From Pachysolen tannophilus NRRL Y-2460 (lineage: Eukaryota), in NCBI GenBank assembly GCA_001661245.1, contig KV454011.1, forward strand, positions 461,498 through 525,497: DNA of 64,000 nucleotides, given 5' to 3'. Position 1 is the first letter of the stretch; every line of letters starts with the position of its first letter. A program made the position numbers and the translations under genes. This document shows, piece after piece, positions 57,801 through 64,000 of the stretch. The notes beneath the pieces were generated by a model. The model worked only from the letters and a program-made list of their open reading frames with translations. It had not been told where the DNA came from and searched no databases.

Positions 57801-59663
57801 ATGTCGGTGATATCGAGAGTGACTATGGGAACAACAGGAAATAATACTACTTTGCAGCCATATATTGACCCTATAATATCCCTTGTTAAGGATCCGGATC
57901 TTAATAGAGATAAGGCTAAATCGAACCAACTTTTGGATATTATCAATGGTTTTGCACCGGATGATAGGGATGTGAAGAAGAATTGTATATTAGGGTTTCA
58001 AGTGCTTAGAGATTTGGAGAAATTGGAGATGAGAACTTTACAACATTGGGAATTTAAATCTTTACATTATTCGATTACATTAACTGATAGAATTAATAAA
58101 GATTTAATTAAAAAAATTTTAAATAATTGTGTTGAAACTAATGAATTTTTAGCAAATATTTCTGAAGAAATTAATGAATTAAATGGTTTTTTAAAAAAAT
58201 TAGATATTTTCCAATATTTAAGTGATCTGGGAACTTTATTAACACTGTTAACTTTAAGAATTATTGATTTAAAAAATAAAATTAATGATTTTATATCTGT
58301 AAATTATGCAAAGGCAAGATTGATTAATATTGGAATAGATTTAGAAGAATTAGTAATTTCAAATAATAAAGAAAATGGTGGCAATGGTAATTCAAATCAT
58401 ACATTATTAAACGAATCCACTATAAATTCTTACAAGTCATTCATTGGTCAATTATTAAAACAGTTAAATAATTCAATTGAATCAAATGATAATATAGGAA
58501 TAATGGAATGTATTCAAATCATTAACGATGTTGAACAAATGTTTCATTCGATGAGTTCACTGGCAATCGAAGGAAATAAAGATTCTAATCTCGCTATAAC
58601 ACAAAATGAAACCCAAATCAATAAAGAAGAAGAAAATCAAGAAGATCAAGAAGATCAAGAAGATGATGATGATGAAGAAGTGCATCCATATACCCCAGGA
58701 CATCTACATGCTCCTGTTGGACATTCTCTGCTGAAACTTAAAAGAAGATCATCATTGTCATCGATATCAAGTGTCAATTCGTTGACAAAGACAACTTTGA
58801 AAGAAGAAATGCCAAATTTATTATCTGCTTTCCAAAATGCAGCAAAAGTTGAAACTGAATTAAGAGATATAGTTTCATCAAATTCAAATGATGATCACCA
58901 ACAATATAATCAACGTCGCTCAAGATTAAGTTCTCCTACACCAACTAGTGCAGAAACTACTAGAAGTAGTAGCCTTTCTCCAGAACTTGCAACTTCAAGT
59001 GCAAGTATTGATGAATCATATTATGATTTACATTATGATGATCAACATTCTGATTACAAGCATAATTCCAATTCATTATCTAGATCTATTAGCATGAAAA
59101 AGAAAGAACATGATAATATTAATGGTAAGAAAAAATTACCTTATTTTGGTCCACAATTACCACCAAATTTTTTGAAAAATCCAGTTTCTTCAAGACCATT
59201 AACTTCATCTATATATTCTTCTAATATTCCTTCAAATTTTGTACAAACAGAAGTTAATGGTATTAACGGCATTAGAAGCAATTATATATTAGATAATAAT
59301 AAATCCTTCTTAACAAGGATGGGAATACGACCTCAAGTTATAGATGTTCCCGTTTCTTCATCCAATACATTTCATACATCTAATGTATCAACAGGTGATA
59401 GACTTTCTCAATCAATGTTTTTACCAAGCTCAAAAAAAATTAAAGATGGTAAAAAATTATCAAATTCTATGTATGTCGAAAATGGGAATACAAATACTTT
59501 AACTGAGAAAAATTTGAATAAATTAAATCAATTAAAACTGGTTAACAGTAATGATAACAATGTTGGCAAAAGTAAGTTGAATAATTTAGTAAGCAGTGCT
59601 CATGAAGATTTAAACCAAGAAAGTGAAGATTTTGAAGAAGAAGAAGATGATGAAGTAGATTAA
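57801..59663 (+). CDS. Uncharacterised protein (helical N-half, Ser-rich disordered C-half)
   Basis: 620-codon ORF from ATG 57801. Family not recognised. Confidence 0.8.
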   Translation: MSVISRVTMGTTGNNTTLQPYIDPIISLVKDPDLNRDKAKSNQLLDIINGFAPDDRDVKKNCILGFQVLRDLEKLEMRTLQHWEFKSLHYSITLTDRINKDLIKKILNNCVETNEFLANISEEINELNGFLKKLDIFQYLSDLGTLLTLLTLRIIDLKNKINDFISVNYAKARLINIGIDLEELVISNNKENGGNGNSNHTLLNESTINSYKSFIGQLLKQLNNSIESNDNIGIMECIQIINDVEQMFHSMSSLAIEGNKDSNLAITQNETQINKEEENQEDQEDQEDDDDEEVHPYTPGHLHAPVGHSLLKLKRRSSLSSISSVNSLTKTTLKEEMPNLLSAFQNAAKVETELRDIVSSNSNDDHQQYNQRRSRLSSPTPTSAETTRSSSLSPELATSSASIDESYYDLHYDDQHSDYKHNSNSLSRSISMKKKEHDNINGKKKLPYFGPQLPPNFLKNPVSSRPLTSSIYSSNIPSNFVQTEVNGINGIRSNYILDNNKSFLTRMGIRPQVIDVPVSSSNTFHTSNVSTGDRLSQSMFLPSSKKIKDGKKLSNSMYVENGNTNTLTEKNLNKLNQLKLVNSNDNNVGKSKLNNLVSSAHEDLNQESEDFEEEEDDEVD

Positions 59664-59847
59664 AAGCATTCTTAATGATTATAATGAAAGAAAGCATACA
59701 TATATATATATATATACATATATCATTTTTTTAATATTCCTAATGAAAAAGAAAGAAAAAAATAAATAAATTCAAGCATCGATTTTTGTATATCTATATA
59801 CATGAACATAATAACTCATTTAACAATAAAAAAAAAAAATTTTCTTT

Positions 59848-60292
59848 TCAGTTTTTTGAATTCACCCTATCAATAGCACCCAATACATTTAATTTTTTAT
59901 CATCTGGAACTCTGAAAAGGTTTGATCTAATAATACGAGGATCATTTCTTAATGATCTCAATATTTCATTCGACACAGAATTAGACGAATCGAAAAGCAT
60001 TATAAAATGTGATCCCCTGAAATGCTTCTCCTGTTGCTTTGTCAAAATCCTAGGTAACGGTCTAACCCCTAAATTATATATTTTCCTTATCACTCCTCTA
60101 TTCTGTAGTATTAATTTACCAATTGTAGACACAACACTGAATAAATAAAAAAAAAATGAAAAATAAAAAAATAGTTAGTACTTCACCACCATCTTTTATT
60201 TAAAAAAATTAAATTAAAACATACGCTTTGGCTTCATTATTTAAAACTTCTCCTGAAGTTATACGAGCAATACCAACTAATTCATACAACAT
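59848..60292 (-). CDS. MRP17: Mitochondrial ribosomal protein bS6m; exons 60292-60225 and 60136-59848
   Basis: MLYELVGIAR..IGKLILQNRGVIR..HFIMLFDS..DPRIIRS. Intron has GTATGT/TACTAAC/CAG. Confidence 0.92.
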
Positions 60293-60439
60293 GATCCAAC
60301 TAACTTTTATCTCTTTTTTTCTTTTGAGTTTGGCTTTGACTAATAATTAATTCAATATATAAAGATATAAAAATGGTTTAACCGCCGTTGAATTCGAAAT
60401 TTTTCACCAAAAACATCACCTTCTTGATGACACGTGAAT

Positions 60440-60561
60440 TTGGCAGAGGACTCGGCCGGAAAACTTGGGCGGAGAGTTTTGGCCGGCGAGCTTGGCCGGA
60501 GTTTGGGGCGGGAAACCTGGGCGGAAAAACCTGGGCGGAAAAACCTGGGCAAAGAGTTTTG
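60440..60561 (+). repeat. GC-rich degenerate ~14-15 bp tandem array (TGGGCGGAAAAACC-like)
   Basis: About 8 visible copies, with a CACGTG E-box at 60431-60436. Confidence 0.85.
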
Positions 60562-60886
60562 GAATTTTTCATTTGTTAGCTTTATATGAGTTATTGAAGT
60601 TGTTAATGGGCTTCAAGTGGAATATATAGCTTCTTTATATTTTTCCTTTCTTGGCCTCTGACTTTTTTAATCTGCTATGAGCTGTTGTTGGTGCTGTTAT
60701 CTCTATGATTTACTCGTGGTGTAAAGAAATGACTGCCAAAAAAGAAGTCGTGTGTGTTTTTAGTCTGTTTTTAGTCTGTTTTTAGTATATGTGGTTTATC
60801 AGTTGGGCATATCAGTAAGTTAACTATATATATATATATATATATATAAATATATAATTGAATATATATATTTGAGATAGGTTATC

Positions 60887-61630
60887 ATGAATCTATTTGA
60901 ATGGGCTTTTGGTAAGAAGTTGTCTCCTCAGGAGAAGCTTCGGAAAAATCAAAGGATGTTGGATAGAACAGCTAGAGAGTTGGATAGGGAAAATATTAAA
61001 CTTCAAAAACAAGAGAAACAGCTTATTAACGATATTAAAAAATCTGTTAAATCAAATCAAGTGAAACTGGCAAAGATTCAAGCTAAAGATCTTATTCGGA
61101 CTAGAAAGAATGTGGAGAAGTTTTCAAGGATGAAGGTTCAAATTCAAGCAATTTCATTAAGAATTCAAAGTGTTCGATCTTCAGAACAAATGGCTCAATC
61201 AATGAGATCTGCTACAACTCTTTTGAATTCAATGAATAGGTCTATGAATTTACCACAATTATCTCGTATTGCCATGGAATTCCAAAAAGAAAACGATATA
61301 ATGGACCAGAGGCAAGAATACATGGATGAGACAATGGATGACTTGATGGATGATGAACTAGATGAAGATGATGAAGAAGAAGCAGATGAAGTATTGAATA
61401 GAGTGATGGATGAAATTGGTATCGATTTGAAAGCTAACCTACAAGATGCTGCACCAACAGGGAACTTGGCTGCAGATAAAGACGAGTTGCTCGTTCCTGG
61501 AGGAAAAATAGCACAGGCCGTTGGTGGTGGTGGTGGTGGTGGTAATACAACTAGTAGTACAGGAAATAATACTAATGGAATAGATGAATTAGAAGCTCGA
61601 CTAAATACACTAAAGAAGAACGATAACTAA
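60887..61630 (+). CDS. DID4: ESCRT-III subunit Did4/Vps2 (CHMP2)
   Basis: MNLFEWAFGKKLSPQEKLRKNQR, IQAKDLIRTR, QAISLRIQSVRS, ELEARLNTLK. Confidence 0.95.
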   Translation: MNLFEWAFGKKLSPQEKLRKNQRMLDRTARELDRENIKLQKQEKQLINDIKKSVKSNQVKLAKIQAKDLIRTRKNVEKFSRMKVQIQAISLRIQSVRSSEQMAQSMRSATTLLNSMNRSMNLPQLSRIAMEFQKENDIMDQRQEYMDETMDDLMDDELDEDDEEEADEVLNRVMDEIGIDLKANLQDAAPTGNLAADKDELLVPGGKIAQAVGGGGGGGNTTSSTGNNTNGIDELEARLNTLKKNDN

Positions 61631-61802
61631 AGTGTTTTCTTTCTTTTGTCTCCACTTCATTACTTTATTTCTGGATTTTCTGTCTCTTTGCTTTTTTTTA
61701 ATATATATATTTATTTTGTTCTGTTTGCAAGATTTATGTTTTTTTTTTCTTTTTTTTCTTATTATTTTTTTTTAGTAAAAAAAAGTAGTAGTACCATCAA
61801 TT

Positions 61803-61834
<32 letters not shown>

Positions 61835-61869
61835 GTTAATGCTAGTGATACAAATATTGTGTTGAAGTA

Positions 61870-64000
61870 ATGTCATGCGGTAGAGCTAATGGTTCAAAAG
61901 AAGCTAATCTGGAATTAGGCAACTTTCCAAAATCGAACGGTGATGGTGAAAGACTATCTCAAGAACTCAAGTATGACGATTATGAATTTTTTATAGGGCT
62001 ATCAAAGTTACTTCAAATTTCAATAAGTGATTATGATTTACAAAAATCTATAAATATGGCCACTCAAGTATTGCAATGTGGTAATTTTCTCAATAGTGAG
62101 GCTAGGATTGATATTGGTAAAACTGATTTTTTTAACTCAAAAATGAAACCTCTGGAAGGTGATGATTTAATTAAAAAATACCCTATAATTCAATTTTTTG
62201 CTAATATACTTGATGAACCTATACCGAAAGTTTTACAATTACTTTCTGAAATGTCTCCATCTCAGTTGATTGAAAAAAAAATTAATGTTAATAATAGTAC
62301 AACAATAGAACTTACAAATATAAATCATTCAAATGATTTTTTTTTGAAAAAAAAAATATTATCCAAATATACATTTATAAATAATTTAAATAATGGGAAA
62401 AATTTTTTAAACAAATTATATGATTTAGTAGATGGAAATGAAGGTTTCTTGATTGTTATTACAAGTTTATGGCTATGTCGTTCTCTATTCAATACTTTCC
62501 CACAAACTAGTGAAGAAATAAGTGAAAGGAATAATGAAGAACAAGTTTTTTCAAATTCAACAAAAAAAATGGATAATTCAGAATCTGGAAAAATCAAAAA
62601 CGTTAAATCCAACGAAATTGCAGAACTTTCCAACAAATCGTATTCTCCCACAATTTCTAAATTGTCTGAAATGTTTTCACACCTTTCACTAAGTAAAATC
62701 CGTGAAACTGTACAAGAAGTTAATGGAGACTTGGATAAAGCTGTAGATTTACTTTTAAACGAAGATGCTGTCAGATTTGCTCAAAACACAAAGCAAAGCT
62801 CTCTGCTTCCAGAGACTACTGGTGTGGTATCAGAAAATTTGTGCGACTATGATTTTTCCAATGAAAACGTTCAAGACCCAACAATGTTTAAAGAGAATTT
62901 TGTATTTTTAAAAGAAATGTTCCCTAATATACCTCTGAGAGATATTGGTGATACTTTGGTAAAAACTGGAAACAATACCGTTTCATCAATTGAAATATTA
63001 TTAAATTATAAAAATTTTAAAAGGGAAATTTCTAATTACGATTCACAACAGATGATAAAATTGTCATTAAAGAATTCTTCAACTACAACTTCTACGAAAA
63101 CATGGGCTAAAATAGATGAAGAAGCAAAACAAGTTGTATCATTAACTGGAATTCCATTTGAAATAGCTAAAAGGTATTACCATGAAAATGACACCAATAT
63201 TATAAAAACTATTATTTCAATAATTGAAACCTATAAATCAGTTGAAGTTGAAGATGAAGCTAATGATATACAGCTGTTGAAAGCTGGAGGGAAGGTAAAA
63301 GGCCGAGTTCAAAGAGAAGTTCCACGAATGAGCTCCAAAATGTTTAAATTCGAAAATTTTCTGCTGCCACTGCTGCCACTGCCACTACTGCTGCTGCTGC
63401 TGCTGTCGCCCTTGTTACAGAAAAAGAAACATATCTATAAATATGATCCTGAAAGTAATGAATCCCAGGTATTGGGTCTTTCGAAACACGAAAATCCTAT
63501 ATTATTCACTGTTTCTGATAAGTTTTACGAAAGAGCAATGGAATTTTTCAATGGCAATATAAAGAAAGTTATTTCCGTTGCTACATTAATTTGTGAACAA
63601 AATTGTCAAGAATTAACTTTTGAAAGCCAAAGAGTTGGGAATACGGGAAAAAATGAAAATTCTATGAACTTTAATAATGCAGAAATTGAAAAAGAAAATA
63701 ACTTTACAAAACAAGAAAAGTCGGAGCCCAGTATAAACAATAATTCAAATACCAATTTGGATATCAACCCAATTTTAACAGCCGATAATTATTTTGCTAG
63801 AGCTCAGAATTATACTCAAATGGCAAGATCTTCACAATCGTCTGCAATCAAACATCATTATAATCAATTGGCTGCAGAAAATAAAAAAAAAGGCATAGAA
63901 TGTAAAAATTCTGAGCAAGGAGGACTACAAGAAGAACGATTACTTATTGCTAAACAAACATCGACTTTAGATTTGCATGGCTTGAGTGTTGAAGTTGCAT
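61870..64000 (+). CDS. CUE + Smr domain protein (Cue2-like), runs off the window end; absent from the ORF track
   Basis: Same frame from ATG 61870 to the end. CUE-like LSEMFS..NGDLDKAVDLLL and LKEMFPNI; start of an Smr domain TLDLHGLSVEVA at 63961. Confidence 0.8.
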   Translation, partial: MSCGRANGSKEANLELGNFPKSNGDGERLSQELKYDDYEFFIGLSKLLQISISDYDLQKSINMATQVLQCGNFLNSEARIDIGKTDFFNSKMKPLEGDDLIKKYPIIQFFANILDEPIPKVLQLLSEMSPSQLIEKKINVNNSTTIELTNINHSNDFFLKKKILSKYTFINNLNNGKNFLNKLYDLVDGNEGFLIVITSLWLCRSLFNTFPQTSEEISERNNEEQVFSNSTKKMDNSESGKIKNVKSNEIAELSNKSYSPTISKLSEMFSHLSLSKIRETVQEVNGDLDKAVDLLLNEDAVRFAQNTKQSSLLPETTGVVSENLCDYDFSNENVQDPTMFKENFVFLKEMFPNIPLRDIGDTLVKTGNNTVSSIEILLNYKNFKREISNYDSQQMIKLSLKNSSTTTSTKTWAKIDEEAKQVVSLTGIPFEIAKRYYHENDTNIIKTIISIIETYKSVEVEDEANDIQLLKAGGKVKGRVQREVPRMSSKMFKFENFLLPLLPLPLLLLLLLSPLLQKKKHIYKYDPESNESQVLGLSKHENPILFTVSDKFYERAMEFFNGNIKKVISVATLICEQNCQELTFESQRVGNTGKNENSMNFNNAEIEKENNFTKQEKSEPSINNNSNTNLDINPILTADNYFARAQNYTQMARSSQSSAIKHHYNQLAAENKKKGIECKNSEQGGLQEERLLIAKQTSTLDLHGLSVEVA

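Noticed and set aside
60352..60579. Short ORFs over the GC-rich repeat
   Set aside because: Open only because the repeat lacks stop codons.
1..64000. tRNA, rRNA, LTR/transposon or CRISPR elements
   Set aside because: No cloverleaf or box A/B pair, terminal repeats, transposase or reverse-transcriptase ORF, or repeat-spacer array was seen by eye. tRNAscan-SE or RepeatMasker would be needed to be certain.

Overview
AT-rich (roughly 30% GC) nuclear DNA from a budding yeast (Saccharomycotina). It carries about 30 protein-coding genes, 10 spliceosomal introns that I could reconstruct, and one intronic box C/D snoRNA. I saw no tRNA, rRNA, transposon or CRISPR array. In-frame CTG codons fall at positions that are Ala or another small residue in homologues (MsrB CxGC, Did4/CHMP2, Grx, Glo1), so the organism probably uses a non-standard CUG code. 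CUG=Ala (Pachysolen/Nakazawaea-type clade) fits best, which means the supplied ORF track mistranslates those codons. The most striking feature is PEX2, which is split into two intact, divergently oriented ORFs (N-half on -, C-half/RING on +). Inverting a ~1.05 kb segment bounded by an 8-bp inverted repeat (TAAAAATG) rejoins them in frame. Other points: a hairpin-packed 1-kb RPL7 intron; a hidden first exon plus overlapping uORF on a Hap4-like activator; a run of redox/detox enzymes that each appear to have two in-frame starts; a stop-free RCO1-SGS1 spacer with an ATGA overlap; a probable frameshift in an aldo-keto reductase; and two GC-rich promoter repeat arrays. Gene names come from my recognition of motifs, not from database searches.
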